From: an uncultured virus (IMG/VR IMGVR_UViG_3300033148_003000)
Taxonomy: Duplodnaviria > Heunggongvirae > Uroviricota > Caudoviricetes
Virus record (IMG/VR): IMGVR_UViG_3300033148_003000
Reading direction: 5' to 3' (one strand)
DNA length: 64,000 nt
Shown piece after piece: positions 50,928 through 61,819 of the stretch (its first letter is position 1; every line of letters starts with the position of its first letter). The position numbers were made by a program, and so were the translations under genes. The notes below the pieces were generated by a model. The model ran no database searches. It was not told the DNA's origin and saw only the letters and a list, made by a program, of their open reading frames with translations.

Positions 50928-51901
50928 TAAATAAGTTCTCTTTTCATTCTATATATTTCAATTTGATCTGTTGTTCCATTACGTGTAAATGCGTAAATAT
51001 ATCCATCGTTGTGTTTTACAATTGTATAAATATGTGAACCCGAACCACCAACTGTTGGTAATGTTTTATGATATATTTCACTATCAGTGAGTGGATTATA
51101 ATGCATTATAATACCATTACTTCCACCTAATATAATCAAACCTCCATAATTAACAGAACATAAACCATCTTCTGTTAAATCATATGTTTTTATAGGAGAA
51201 TCTATTCCATTATATTTATATATAGTTTTTTCATCATAAGTAATATACATATATTCATTATTATAATTTAATAATGATCCTATGGCTGCTGGACCATCAT
51301 ATATATGTGTATAATTTCCAATATTTACTTTATATAAATCAGTAGCATCATTACCAATATAAATATTATCTTTAAATGATACTAATTTTGATGGTCCCCA
51401 ATAAGATACACCTACTTCTCCAGCGACTTCTTCCCAATTGATACCATCAGGACTTCTTTTTATACCACCATCTTTTCTAAAAGATCCATATATATAATCA
51501 ACCCCACCATTATTATGTTCGATAATAGAATATATATAATCATTACTAAATGTTGCAGATGTGATATATGATGAACCATTATTTATTGATTTTCTAATTG
51601 GCATATTAGATGTTTGATATCCACCATAAAAAACATTATTATTAATATTAGGAAAATTATTGATACAATAACAACGAGTAATCATATCACTTTCAATAAG
51701 TTGATGTGTACCACCAGGTTGATATTGATAAATATCTGGAGTTCCTGCTCCACCATCTATATAATTAATATAATCACCTGAAGAACAACTTCCTTTTGCA
51801 AGAATACCTAATCCATCACAAACATATTCCCATGGTACTGTTTCAGTCCATACCTTTTCAGTTGATATTCTTTTTTGTTTGTTGAAACTTAAATGACGCA
51901 T
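50927..51901 (-). CDS. Beta-propeller protein with Asp-box-like repeats
   Basis: KSINNGSSY, RSPDGINW, FKDNIYIG. Confidence 0.6.
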   Translation of the reverse strand: MRHLSFNKQKRISTEKVWTETVPWEYVCDGLGILAKGSCSSGDYINYIDGGAGTPDIYQYQPGGTHQLIESDMITRCYCINNFPNINNNVFYGGYQTSNMPIRKSINNGSSYITSATFSNDYIYSIIEHNNGGVDYIYGSFRKDGGIKRSPDGINWEEVAGEVGVSYWGPSKLVSFKDNIYIGNDATDLYKVNIGNYTHIYDGPAAIGSLLNYNNEYMYITYDEKTIYKYNGIDSPIKTYDLTEDGLCSVNYGGLIILGGSNGIIMHYNPLTDSEIYHKTLPTVGGSGSHIYTIVKHNDGYIYAFTRNGTTDQIEIYRMKRELI

Positions 51902-51935
51902 TGATAAACCTGTTAATCTTTATTATATATTTCTA

Positions 51936-52415
51936 CTACTTAACTTCAGTTACACTAACTTTTACTGTTTTTCCCGTTTCTTCAATTATACCCCATATTG
52001 AAATATCACCATCAAACACAAACCTTTCACCAGGTTCTAAAACATCACCTGTCAGATGCGTAACACCTGAAGTAAATCCGTAATATAACAAATATTCATC
52101 CGAGTCTTGAAAACTAGTTAAATGTGAAAGATTTTTAACCGATATTGATCTTCGATCTGTAAGAGAATCGGTTTTTATTTCCACTGAGGTGTCACCAATA
52201 CTCAACTGTTTAGTATCACCCAGAACACCAATTTTTTCCACCTCAGACTGTATACTGGATAATGTCCCTTCTGTAGATGGGCTGATGGGTTGAGGATCAG
52301 AAATATTCCCGTTTGTTATAACAATCATTTGATGGTGTTCATTTGATGCATTTTTAATAGTTGCTATTTTAGGGCCACTAGAATCTTGATTGACCGGAAT
52401 AGTTGATTTACTCAT
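51936..52415 (-). CDS. Hypothetical virion-associated protein
   Basis: RRSISVKN...G.VLEPGE jelly-roll-like pattern. Confidence 0.5.
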   Translation of the reverse strand: MSKSTIPVNQDSSGPKIATIKNASNEHHQMIVITNGNISDPQPISPSTEGTLSSIQSEVEKIGVLGDTKQLSIGDTSVEIKTDSLTDRRSISVKNLSHLTSFQDSDEYLLYYGFTSGVTHLTGDVLEPGERFVFDGDISIWGIIEETGKTVKVSVTEVK

Positions 52416-52920
52416 TTGTTATACTCCTTTGAGCAGTTTGTTTAATTTCACCCAATTCGTTTAGAACAACTTCACCATTTTTTTTACAGTTGGGACATTG
52501 TAAAATAACTTGGGTTTCATTTTCTGCGTTGGTAACATGTTTTACAATCTTAAATCGATGTTGTGTGTTTTTTATTACAATATCTTTTATTAATTGATCT
52601 TTTTCTTGAACATCTTCTCGAAGATTACGTGTTGTATGAACACTTTCTTTTAGTGCAAGTGTTACTTGTTCAGTCATATCACGGTGTTTATCTTCACGTT
52701 TATGATTTTCTAATTCTTGTTTCTCTTTTTGTTTTATTTTAATTTTTTCAATTTCTAAATCTTTTTCAACATCTTTAATTTTAAGATTTTCACGATGTTT
52801 GGTAAATTTCGCATACATAAAATATACAAAAATAAAAAGAAGAAATATCGCAAAAACCAATACACCATTTTCAGCGATTTTTGTAACTATTTCTGGAGTT
52901 ATAATTGTTGTAAAATCCAT
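52408..52920 (-). CDS. Single-TM coiled-coil protein, possible holin
   Basis: ENGVLVFAIFLLFIFVYFMY TM segment then charged coiled coil; near the amidase. Confidence 0.45.
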   Translation of the reverse strand: MDFTTIITPEIVTKIAENGVLVFAIFLLFIFVYFMYAKFTKHRENLKIKDVEKDLEIEKIKIKQKEKQELENHKREDKHRDMTEQVTLALKESVHTTRNLREDVQEKDQLIKDIVIKNTQHRFKIVKHVTNAENETQVILQCPNCKKNGEVVLNELGEIKQTAQRSITNE

Positions 52921-52931
52921 AATATCAACCT

Positions 52932-53741
52932 TTATGTGTATAATTTTCTATAATGTATAAATATATTAACTATATCTACATTTGTAGGTGTTGAAGGTTC
53001 TGGTGATCCTTCTAATTGTATAATCAATCCTTCACCATTTGTACCATCGATGATATTTTCGCCAGACCAATAATTTGTAAAATCATTAGTGTTAAATGTT
53101 AAATGTGTATTATCACCCCATAAACTACTAACAGTTGGATTATAACTACGATCATCTCCACCAGTTCTAACACCATCAATTATTTGATTACCTGTTGAGT
53201 TAGAATCAATACCTATATTTTCTAATTGTAATAATGAAAATTTACAACCATCACCCTTTTTTACACGTATTAATTTTAATAGAATATCTGGATTAACTCC
53301 AGAAGCAAGAAAATCACAGTGATAACTTAACAATTCAAATTTTATTTGAAATAAATTTAAAGCATGAATTAAACCAATGTTGTAATTTATAACAGTTATA
53401 CCAGAACCAATTGCAATATTGGTTATTTCCCACCATTGTTTCACAGTTTTATAATATTGTACTACAGAACCATCGATACTGATTACTTCAGTGTCAGATG
53501 TTGTTGGTAATCCTGTATTTTTATCTATAGATGTACCAGTTATCGTGACATTTCCACTACCAGTTATACTATTAATTAATAAAAATACATGATTATTAGA
53601 TATTGCAGTAGTTGTTGTATAATTTCCTGTTTCACCTGTAGCAAATGTTGAATGATTTCCACATATAAAAATAGGTGAAGTATCTGTATCTTTAATAGAA
53701 AGAGTAAATTTATATGTTTTGTTTGTATAAATGTGACTCAT
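52932..53741 (-). CDS. Hypothetical structural protein
   Basis: Thr/Gly/Asn-rich beta composition, tail region. Confidence 0.5.
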   Translation of the reverse strand: MSHIYTNKTYKFTLSIKDTDTSPIFICGNHSTFATGETGNYTTTTAISNNHVFLLINSITGSGNVTITGTSIDKNTGLPTTSDTEVISIDGSVVQYYKTVKQWWEITNIAIGSGITVINYNIGLIHALNLFQIKFELLSYHCDFLASGVNPDILLKLIRVKKGDGCKFSLLQLENIGIDSNSTGNQIIDGVRTGGDDRSYNPTVSSLWGDNTHLTFNTNDFTNYWSGENIIDGTNGEGLIIQLEGSPEPSTPTNVDIVNIFIHYRKLYT

Positions 53742-53769
53742 AATATCCCCAAATTTTTAACTAAGAATT

Positions 53770-56331
53770 TTAAATTATAAACCAATTTGTACTATCACTA
53801 CAAATAGTAATTGATGTATAATTACTATTAATAAGAAAGGTCCCCTGACCATCAATTGTGGTTGATCCTTCAGGATCAATTGTAATATTATATAAATTAG
53901 CACTACCACTTCCATCTTTTATTATCCATTTTTGGTCTAATGAAAGTAAACTATTTGGAATTGTTATAGTTCTACCAAGTGATAAATTAGTATATAATAT
54001 CACATAATCAGATGATAATAGAGTATAATTTGTATTATTAATATATTTTTTACATATCTTATTTGGTTGTGTACAACACACTTCACCTGTAGAATTTTTA
54101 TAAACTAAACAGTTGTGATCTGTTGAATAATAAAATGAATTATTAGATGCAGAAGAATCTGCTAGAGATGGTGGATTAAATGATCTATCAGATCTTATTG
54201 TAGTTAAACCACCCATTTCAAGATCATTAACAGGAATGTTTATATTCCCAGTTCCAGATACTGTTAAATCTAAATCTTGATTAATTAAAGATGTAAGAAT
54301 AATTTGCCCATTTTCAGCAAGTTTTATAAATCCTTGTTGTGTAGAATCTTTATAATTAGAAATTAGGGATTCACCAGCACCACCAACAGTTAAAACTGTT
54401 TTAAATGTATCTATACCTATAGTTCGTGCAATTGCAATTTCAGAATAACTTGTACTATTTGAAATTAACAATCCTGTACCATAAAAAATACCTGCATTAT
54501 CTATACGTGTTATACTATCTAATTCTAAATCCCCTGATTGTATATCAAAATTACCATTTTTAAGATCTAAATCACCTGCTGTATCAAGAATTAATTGTAA
54601 TGTCCCATTACTAACACTTGGGTGAGTATAAAAATGAATATTACCAGCTTGATAATTTTTCATTTCAAAATCATTGTTTAAGATGCCTAAAAATACACCT
54701 TGATTGGTACCTACATTATTAAGTATTTCTATACATGTTTTATTTGTGTTGGTTTGAAATGATACCAAATTAGATGTTGAATAAATTACAGGATCATTAT
54801 TAACAATTAAACTACCCGATGTTCCTGGTATTAATGATAAATCACCTGTACCTGTGGACTTTATTGTAAGAGGTGTATTAACATTAAATGGTTGAATTAC
54901 AGGCAAAGTATTATTAAATAAATATTCTTGTGATGCAGAATTCAATACCAACGGTTGACTATTGGTTGAAATTAAAGTTGTTGTTCCATCATCATTCAAA
55001 TCTAAATAATTATTTTGAGTTACATTATTAACAGTATTAGTGTTTATAACTAAATTATCAACATCTAAACGGGTAAAATCGGTTGTTCCATCTAAAACAT
55101 TTGCAAATAGTGAATCGGTTTCAGTTTCTGTGTAGTATAAAGATCCGTGATTATGTTGAGTAGAACCATCAATACCTGTTGTTAAATCAACATGTTGTGT
55201 ACTTGTTAAGTGATAATATTCGTCGGTTGTTCCACCTTGTAAACCTTTAGTATTGTTGTGGGTTGTTACAGAACCAAAACTAACCCATTGATTTGTGTCA
55301 TTATAGTTGTAATACTCATCTAAGGTTTCATTCCAAACACTCCAACTTTCTACAGGTGTATATTCATCCCATGTAGCACCGTTATATTCGTAGATTCGGT
55401 GGATCGTCCAAGTATTTGCGGTTGCAGATGATATATATCTGTCACCTAAAGTAGGACCAAGTGGTAGGTTGGGAGTTGGATCATAAAAATCCAGTACCGG
55501 GTCTCTCCAAACTGTTCCAAATGATAAATCTGCAACTGTTGCGAAAGGATTTAAACCAGTTGGTGTTGATGCGTTTGTCATTGCTGCTTTTTCACTAGAT
55601 GTTGGAAATCTGAAGTCATCTCCAGCAGCAACTGTGTTTGCAACCAAACCCACATCTGAATTACCATCTAACGCTTCATATGTTACACGACCATCTGCTG
55701 AAGTATTGAAATCGGTTATACCAGTCGATGTGTGTACATGTAAACTGTCTGAGTTGGTTCCATCTGTGAGATCATCTAGATTGGCAATCGTTGCTGTAGT
55801 TCCAATTTTTCCTAGAACATTATCACCAGTAAAACTTGTTAAATTAGCACTATCACCAATGATAAATACACCATTGTTTGGAGTAATCAAGGAAACTTCA
55901 TCTAATTGTTCGTCGTAAGCTTGAACATCGGAACCAATACTTAAACCCAAATTGGTTCTCGCAACACCTGCGGTATCCCCACCTGTTCCACCATCTACGA
56001 CTGCCAATGGAGATGACAAACCATTTATTGTTCCACCATTTACATCAATATTAGTAAATGGAGTTGTACCATCTAAGTGATTGTTTAATTGGTCTTGAAT
56101 TGACCCTGTGAGACCCGTGGTAAAGTTTAATTCATTTGTGGTAGCTAATATCCCATCTAGAGTATTAACTTCGGTAAAAGACGCTGTAACGTCAGAAATA
56201 TTTGATAATGGATGAGTGTGTAATTGGTCTGCATCACTATTACCACATAATCTATTAAGATTAACAGTGTTGACTAAAGAATGACAATCTTTTAAAATAT
56301 CAACTCTAATTTTATTGGTAAATCCACTCAT
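53770..56331 (-). CDS. Large tail fibre protein
   Basis: DGGTGG...ARTNLGL.IG.DVQAYD, GLQGG..EYYHL, C-terminal IIKDGSGSA...ITI..IDG...WFII. Confidence 0.75.
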   Translation of the reverse strand: MSGFTNKIRVDILKDCHSLVNTVNLNRLCGNSDADQLHTHPLSNISDVTASFTEVNTLDGILATTNELNFTTGLTGSIQDQLNNHLDGTTPFTNIDVNGGTINGLSSPLAVVDGGTGGDTAGVARTNLGLSIGSDVQAYDEQLDEVSLITPNNGVFIIGDSANLTSFTGDNVLGKIGTTATIANLDDLTDGTNSDSLHVHTSTGITDFNTSADGRVTYEALDGNSDVGLVANTVAAGDDFRFPTSSEKAAMTNASTPTGLNPFATVADLSFGTVWRDPVLDFYDPTPNLPLGPTLGDRYISSATANTWTIHRIYEYNGATWDEYTPVESWSVWNETLDEYYNYNDTNQWVSFGSVTTHNNTKGLQGGTTDEYYHLTSTQHVDLTTGIDGSTQHNHGSLYYTETETDSLFANVLDGTTDFTRLDVDNLVINTNTVNNVTQNNYLDLNDDGTTTLISTNSQPLVLNSASQEYLFNNTLPVIQPFNVNTPLTIKSTGTGDLSLIPGTSGSLIVNNDPVIYSTSNLVSFQTNTNKTCIEILNNVGTNQGVFLGILNNDFEMKNYQAGNIHFYTHPSVSNGTLQLILDTAGDLDLKNGNFDIQSGDLELDSITRIDNAGIFYGTGLLISNSTSYSEIAIARTIGIDTFKTVLTVGGAGESLISNYKDSTQQGFIKLAENGQIILTSLINQDLDLTVSGTGNINIPVNDLEMGGLTTIRSDRSFNPPSLADSSASNNSFYYSTDHNCLVYKNSTGEVCCTQPNKICKKYINNTNYTLLSSDYVILYTNLSLGRTITIPNSLLSLDQKWIIKDGSGSANLYNITIDPEGSTTIDGQGTFLINSNYTSITICSDSTNWFII

Positions 56332-56349
56332 GGTATATTCCTTTATTGA

Positions 56350-56550
56350 TTAATTATTATTGAGGTTACGATTATTGTTGTGGTTATTAAAATTGTAATT
56401 ACAGTTATTATTGCGATTATAATTTCGACCTCTACCATTTTGTTGTTGTTGTTGTGGAGAACATCCACCACGACCTTTGTTGACTTTCCAACCCAAACCG
56501 TTATGTAAAGGTATTCCTTGATTATTTACAATATTATTATTATTATTCAT
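56350..56550 (-). CDS. Small Asn/Gln-rich low-complexity protein
   Basis: AAGGA RBS, fills the intergenic gap. Confidence 0.55.
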   Translation of the reverse strand: MNNNNNIVNNQGIPLHNGLGWKVNKGRGGCSPQQQQQNGRGRNYNRNNNCNYNFNNHNNNRNLNNN

Positions 56551-56579
56551 AATTTATTTTTCCTTTATTTATTTTTATA

Positions 56580-58514
56580 CTAATCTAATAAAGTATAAAA
56601 TACTTTCATTGTAAGATATGCGGAATCGTTAAGATGATTTGTAACTTGTAAACCAAATCCTGGTACATCAAATGATGACATTACAGAATAATTATCAAAA
56701 TCTGGATTGTACATATTAGCAGGAACAGGATACACTGCATCACCTAAAGAGAAATAAAATAATGATTCATCAGGTAAAACATAAGGAATACCTTCAATTG
56801 TATATCCTGTAAGAGATAAATCGGTTTTTTTAGCAGGATCATTTATTTGTAAATCACCTGGAGGTGTAGAATGAAATCCTGCGGTTCTATTCATAATAGG
56901 AGACCATCCACCTTGTTTTTTAATATAGTCTGAATATCCCAAAGTACTTAGATAAGTAATATGTGTACCATCAGTATATTCTAAACGAAATTCTTGAAAA
57001 TATGTATATGTATTCATTTCTAAACCAATCCAAGAAAAAATTTTTAAAATTTGTAATTTTTTACTTCCTGTAATAGATGAAGGTATAATATTATGTGTTG
57101 CATGACCTAATATTAAAGTACGTGGAAATGTTGCAACTCTTGTTTCACCCATACCAGTATGTGTATGTAACAAATCTGCATTTGAACCATTGTATAATTC
57201 AGGTTTAATATTTATAAGAATATTGGCATTGTCAGCAGGGGATTCTGAAACACTAACACTTTCAATACCACCACCACCAGTAAATGTTAACGATGTTGCA
57301 GCAGTTGCACTTCCTACAGTACCAGCAACATCAATCCCTGTCAATGCAGATGAACCTACATCACCGTAGTGAACAAATGTCACCGTGTTACTTGTACCTG
57401 GATCATTTAAAAGATCGACTATAGAACCTGTAATTTCGGTATAATCGATACCCTTTCTCAATAGATTTCCACCCCAAAATACTACAAGTTTATCATCACC
57501 TGGTACGTAGGTGATTTCAAGAAGGGTAAATCTCCATACTTCAGGTGGCCCAGTATCATGTACCCCGTTGCTACCAATTTGGTATTCACGATCATACTCT
57601 AAAAACCCGCCACCACTTGCACCACCAGATGCATTAAATGTGATAACAGCATCACCACTATCATTTGTTACAACAATACTTGTCATACTGGTTCCTGCTA
57701 CCAATCTAAGAGTATCAGTGTTTGTTACAGTCCCGAATGTCCCCGTAACTGTGGATATAGTTCCTGATGCAGAACCATCTATGGTAATTTTTGCCCTACC
57801 TGAAGGTTCTTCAATTGCAGTTAAGGATATATTATCCCCACCTATAAGATTGATGCTATCTAAATCTGATCCAACCGCAGCACTATCAACAAAAATGTTC
57901 AAGTTTTTTAGATATCCTTGTGCCAATAACCACGCTTCAATATCTGCTAAAAAATCTTTGGTTTCAACTGCGTTGGAATAATCAATAACTGAAGTGTCTA
58001 AAGTTAAAGTAGATGTGGTTACTTCAATTTTAGCAAGTAAAACCCAACCTGTTGGTGTTGCAGGTGGTGTTGTTGGTGTTGCAGTATCACCTTCTACAAC
58101 TTGAAAGTTAACTCTTTGTACTTCTTCTATAAATGTATCTTTAGTCAACAATGAACCACTATCAGGACTTGTAAGAAATGTTCTTGGTACTTCTTTTTCA
58201 ACTGCTAGTGCAACTTGACCAACCAAGATATCGGTACGACTTCCAGAAGCAGGTTTTACAACAACCTGTGACCATGATAATGATGTCCCCACAATACCAT
58301 CTTGTATTAAACGACCATCAGCAGCAATGTAGACTGCGTTGTCATCTTCTGTTGCAACCAAACCTGAAATTACACCATCTTCAAATCCCAAAACGTCATT
58401 TAATATAACTTGAAATCCTTGTTGATAATAATCACCAATTTTATCAATATCTTGTTCAAGTATTTGTTGTAACGCAGATACATCTAATCGTATAAATTTC
58501 CCTGTAGTAGTCAT
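56580..58514 (-). CDS. Baseplate/tail-fibre attachment protein
   Basis: DGVISGL, RTDILV, PATPTGWVLLAKI N-terminal pattern; follows baseplate genes. Confidence 0.6.
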   Translation of the reverse strand: MTTTGKFIRLDVSALQQILEQDIDKIGDYYQQGFQVILNDVLGFEDGVISGLVATEDDNAVYIAADGRLIQDGIVGTSLSWSQVVVKPASGSRTDILVGQVALAVEKEVPRTFLTSPDSGSLLTKDTFIEEVQRVNFQVVEGDTATPTTPPATPTGWVLLAKIEVTTSTLTLDTSVIDYSNAVETKDFLADIEAWLLAQGYLKNLNIFVDSAAVGSDLDSINLIGGDNISLTAIEEPSGRAKITIDGSASGTISTVTGTFGTVTNTDTLRLVAGTSMTSIVVTNDSGDAVITFNASGGASGGGFLEYDREYQIGSNGVHDTGPPEVWRFTLLEITYVPGDDKLVVFWGGNLLRKGIDYTEITGSIVDLLNDPGTSNTVTFVHYGDVGSSALTGIDVAGTVGSATAATSLTFTGGGGIESVSVSESPADNANILINIKPELYNGSNADLLHTHTGMGETRVATFPRTLILGHATHNIIPSSITGSKKLQILKIFSWIGLEMNTYTYFQEFRLEYTDGTHITYLSTLGYSDYIKKQGGWSPIMNRTAGFHSTPPGDLQINDPAKKTDLSLTGYTIEGIPYVLPDESLFYFSLGDAVYPVPANMYNPDFDNYSVMSSFDVPGFGLQVTNHLNDSAYLTMKVFYTLLD

Positions 58515-58543
58515 GTTTATTATTCCTTTATTTCCATATTCCT

Positions 58544-60649
58544 CTAAACCGTATTTACATAACGGTTTTCTCTATATTGTAATTCCAACGGATGTAATTC
58601 ATATATTGGGTGAACACCAACTGGTTTTGAAAATGTTACTTCTTTCATCAGGTTGTCTAATTCACTGTTTTTGGTTATTCCGTTTAAATGTACCAAATGA
58701 TCAATACCATAGAATGCTAATCCTGGTTGTGATATTGGGTCTTCATCACCCTCGTAATATGAATCACGATTTAAATCCAAAGGTGTTGTACCTAATAAGT
58801 TTGGTAATATGTCTGTTTCCAACGGGACTAAACGTTCAACAGTTACTAAAAAACTGGCATTATTGATTACATCTACTAGATATGTTGAAGGTAAAGTGTT
58901 GTTCATGTGAACATCATTGTAAACTTCTTCATTACCTTGATTTTCGTTTATGATCACTTTTCTTAATTGGGGAGTTGAACCATTTTGTATTGTAACTGTT
59001 GTGTCGGTTGGTAATATTCCAGGTACTTGTGAAACAATTTTTATACAATGTTCTTGAAGATTATGTGAATTGGTTCCTAAAATACCCAGAGACTCATAAT
59101 TAGAACCGTAAAATGCAGTTTGTGGATTATAATTATAGAATTCAGCACCAAAATCCACGGCGTTTTTAATGATTATGTATATTACCCCAGGTTTGTTGAA
59201 TTTTCCGGTTGGTGAGTTGTAAAATGTGAAAACTTCTGGGATTCCAACACCTAATGAAGAATCTAAAAGTATTTCATGTTCGTCGATTACTTCACCTATA
59301 ATTTGAACTAAATCAGGTGGTGTTGGAGGTGTTGCAGTTATTCCACCATTAACGGTATCTAAATACAACGTTGTTCCAACTGCCCAATTCCAAACAAAAG
59401 ATCTGTCACTGTTTCTTAAACGATTTATTATTGAACCTGTTGATTTCACCGTGTAATAAGGTTGATCAACTGAACCCACTACATCGTTTACTACACCCAT
59501 TGTTGGGATATTCACTGTTGACAACCCGTTGGCATATTCTGCAACTTTTTCAATTGGATCAAAATTAACCAGATCACCAACCTCTAAAGAGTCATTAGAC
59601 ATACATAAATAACTTGCACCACCGTAAAATCCGTAATCTTTTTGTTCAAGAATTCGATGATCACATGTAAACATATGATATCCTTCAGATTGAGAATGAC
59701 CAAGTATTTCAAATAAATATTTATCCGCAACTTCAGGTTGTTCATATATGTAAACGACTTGACTACTCGATGATTCTTCACCAACTTCTAAATAATCGTC
59801 AAATCTTTTTAACATTGAACCGTTTTTGTAGACTCTTAGATTGATATCTTCAACACTTCCAACTAAATATTTATGTGAAACTGGTAAAACAAATCTGTAG
59901 ATGTTAATTGGTGTCAAATTGTCACCAGTTGTTTCCGTTTCTTTATGTGGAGAATGATTCAATACAACAAATTTTAAGTCATCATAATTATAAACAGGTT
60001 TTAAAAAGTCAACTATGCGTGAACGTCTACCTTTTTTACCAACTTCTTGATAATCATAATCTCTGATGAGTAATTCACCATTTTTATAGACCTTAAGGTC
60101 TTTATAATATTGATCATAAACATAATAATGATAAGTTTCTGGTAAAGTAAATCTTTGAACTGTGTGCATAAAATCAGCACTAGAACCATTTTGAGTAACA
60201 GAACCAACACCTAACCATTTGATAACAAGTCTGTCAAGATTATTTCGTGTTGGTTTCATTTTAAAAATCATTTCAAAGATGCGATATCTAAAATGCCAAT
60301 CATGTTCACCAACTCTGGGATATATTAAAGTGTACTCTAAACCCAACTGATACAGACCTTGTAAAACCGCAGATCCTAAAAAACAATCATTGATGAGAAT
60401 TTTTAGTTGATTAAATAAAAATTTTAAACCTGATGAATCATCACCAACTACACTTTGGATCAATTTTTCAGTATTGGAACCTGGTTCACAGTTGATCCAT
60501 GAAGGAACGAAGTGTTTGATACGATCAACAATATCTACACTTGACCAATTTTTAAGGATACCAAAATCAAAACCGTAATCTTGTTCAAAATACAACGGAT
60601 CTGCGATATTTCCTTGACCATAATTAAATATTGTTGTTAAACCTGGCAT
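58544..60649 (-). CDS. Baseplate wedge protein with inserted domains
   Basis: LGSA...L..LG...R.GE.D..FRYRI N-terminus and C-terminal KPVG, directly after baseplate J. Confidence 0.65.
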   Translation of the reverse strand: MPGLTTIFNYGQGNIADPLYFEQDYGFDFGILKNWSSVDIVDRIKHFVPSWINCEPGSNTEKLIQSVVGDDSSGLKFLFNQLKILINDCFLGSAVLQGLYQLGLEYTLIYPRVGEHDWHFRYRIFEMIFKMKPTRNNLDRLVIKWLGVGSVTQNGSSADFMHTVQRFTLPETYHYYVYDQYYKDLKVYKNGELLIRDYDYQEVGKKGRRSRIVDFLKPVYNYDDLKFVVLNHSPHKETETTGDNLTPINIYRFVLPVSHKYLVGSVEDINLRVYKNGSMLKRFDDYLEVGEESSSSQVVYIYEQPEVADKYLFEILGHSQSEGYHMFTCDHRILEQKDYGFYGGASYLCMSNDSLEVGDLVNFDPIEKVAEYANGLSTVNIPTMGVVNDVVGSVDQPYYTVKSTGSIINRLRNSDRSFVWNWAVGTTLYLDTVNGGITATPPTPPDLVQIIGEVIDEHEILLDSSLGVGIPEVFTFYNSPTGKFNKPGVIYIIIKNAVDFGAEFYNYNPQTAFYGSNYESLGILGTNSHNLQEHCIKIVSQVPGILPTDTTVTIQNGSTPQLRKVIINENQGNEEVYNDVHMNNTLPSTYLVDVINNASFLVTVERLVPLETDILPNLLGTTPLDLNRDSYYEGDEDPISQPGLAFYGIDHLVHLNGITKNSELDNLMKEVTFSKPVGVHPIYELHPLELQYRENRYVNTV

Positions 60650-61777
60650 TTAGTCCTCTATTACAACTTCTATAATATCTGTAGATGTTCTGATCATTTC
60701 TATTGCATCAACATCTAAAATACTTTCGGATGAATTATTTATTTTAAATTGTAATCCACCTTGTGAAGTATCATTAACTATATAATCAACTGCTGGATGT
60801 TGTTCTATAAAACCAACCAAATCACTTAAATGTAAACTCTGAGATGGTTTAAGAGAATTAACAAAGTTTTCTAATTGTACTTTTATATCTGATGATACGT
60901 TTGAATCAATAAAAGTAGATCTTAATTTCACCTTTAACCACAAAGATACATTATTAACAGGAGATCTTGCGATGTTGATGATAATACCCATTGAACGAAC
61001 TTCTTCAACTTTTTCTCTTACTTGATCAATAATTGAACTATCGATGTCACCTGATTGATTATTTACAAAGAGGTATGCTATACCTGGGATATTTCTATCA
61101 TCTACTATAAATGTAAACACAACGCCTGCAACTTCAAGTGCAGCAGATCTTACAACTCTTGCGTTACCGCCTAAAAGTGATAATATTTTAAGAAATATAC
61201 GAGATCTTAATTCTTCATCTTTTTCAACATCAACACCGTTGGTGATGTCATCATCGTTAGTAACTGAAAGAATACCAATTGTGTCATTTTTTATAAATGT
61301 GATTGTGTTAGATAACGTATTACCTACAACACCGACACGTTCTGCCTGTATAACACCTTGCATCTCACTTACGCCAGCAGGAAACATCAACTGTTCCTGA
61401 AGAATGTAACGTTTTTGATAACTAAATGTTGAATCTTCTGTTGTTAATAAAGTCCCCGCAGGTAAATATTGTTTATTTGAATCATTTTCTCTAACAATTG
61501 AAACAAATCCTGTTGCAAATGTTGCACGTTTTCTTTCTACCAAAAAGTTTTTTGCGATTGCGTCAAGAAATAAACCCATCGCCTTACTGATATACAAACC
61601 TTTATACACTTTTTTGATCATTGTTTGCACAAAGAAATGAATCGTTGAAACCGCTTCCATCAAGGATCTAATAACTGATCCTGCAACTGGGTTAGATATT
61701 TTTCCACTAGTACGACTAACCAGTTCTCTTAAACAGTCATCTACAAATGTTTTAATTGTTTTGAATTGTTCTATCAT
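60650..61777 (-). CDS. Baseplate J-like protein
   Basis: GSVIRSLMEA, A.G.FLD, AERVGVVGN, NGVDVEKDEELRSR, ALEVAGV. Confidence 0.93.
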   Translation of the reverse strand: MIEQFKTIKTFVDDCLRELVSRTSGKISNPVAGSVIRSLMEAVSTIHFFVQTMIKKVYKGLYISKAMGLFLDAIAKNFLVERKRATFATGFVSIVRENDSNKQYLPAGTLLTTEDSTFSYQKRYILQEQLMFPAGVSEMQGVIQAERVGVVGNTLSNTITFIKNDTIGILSVTNDDDITNGVDVEKDEELRSRIFLKILSLLGGNARVVRSAALEVAGVVFTFIVDDRNIPGIAYLFVNNQSGDIDSSIIDQVREKVEEVRSMGIIINIARSPVNNVSLWLKVKLRSTFIDSNVSSDIKVQLENFVNSLKPSQSLHLSDLVGFIEQHPAVDYIVNDTSQGGLQFKINNSSESILDVDAIEMIRTSTDIIEVVIED

Positions 61778-61819
61778 ATTTACCTATAATATTTAGTTTA
61801 AATTATTTTTTTAATTATT

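Noticed and set aside
55634..58866. Plus-strand ORFs within the tail region (55634, 57511, 58178, 58513)
   Set aside because: Antisense shadows of long minus-strand structural genes.
42971..60649. Diversity-generating retroelement or invertible tail-fibre shufflon
   Set aside because: No reverse transcriptase or invertase seen; shared modules are diverged at all bases rather than adenine-specific.
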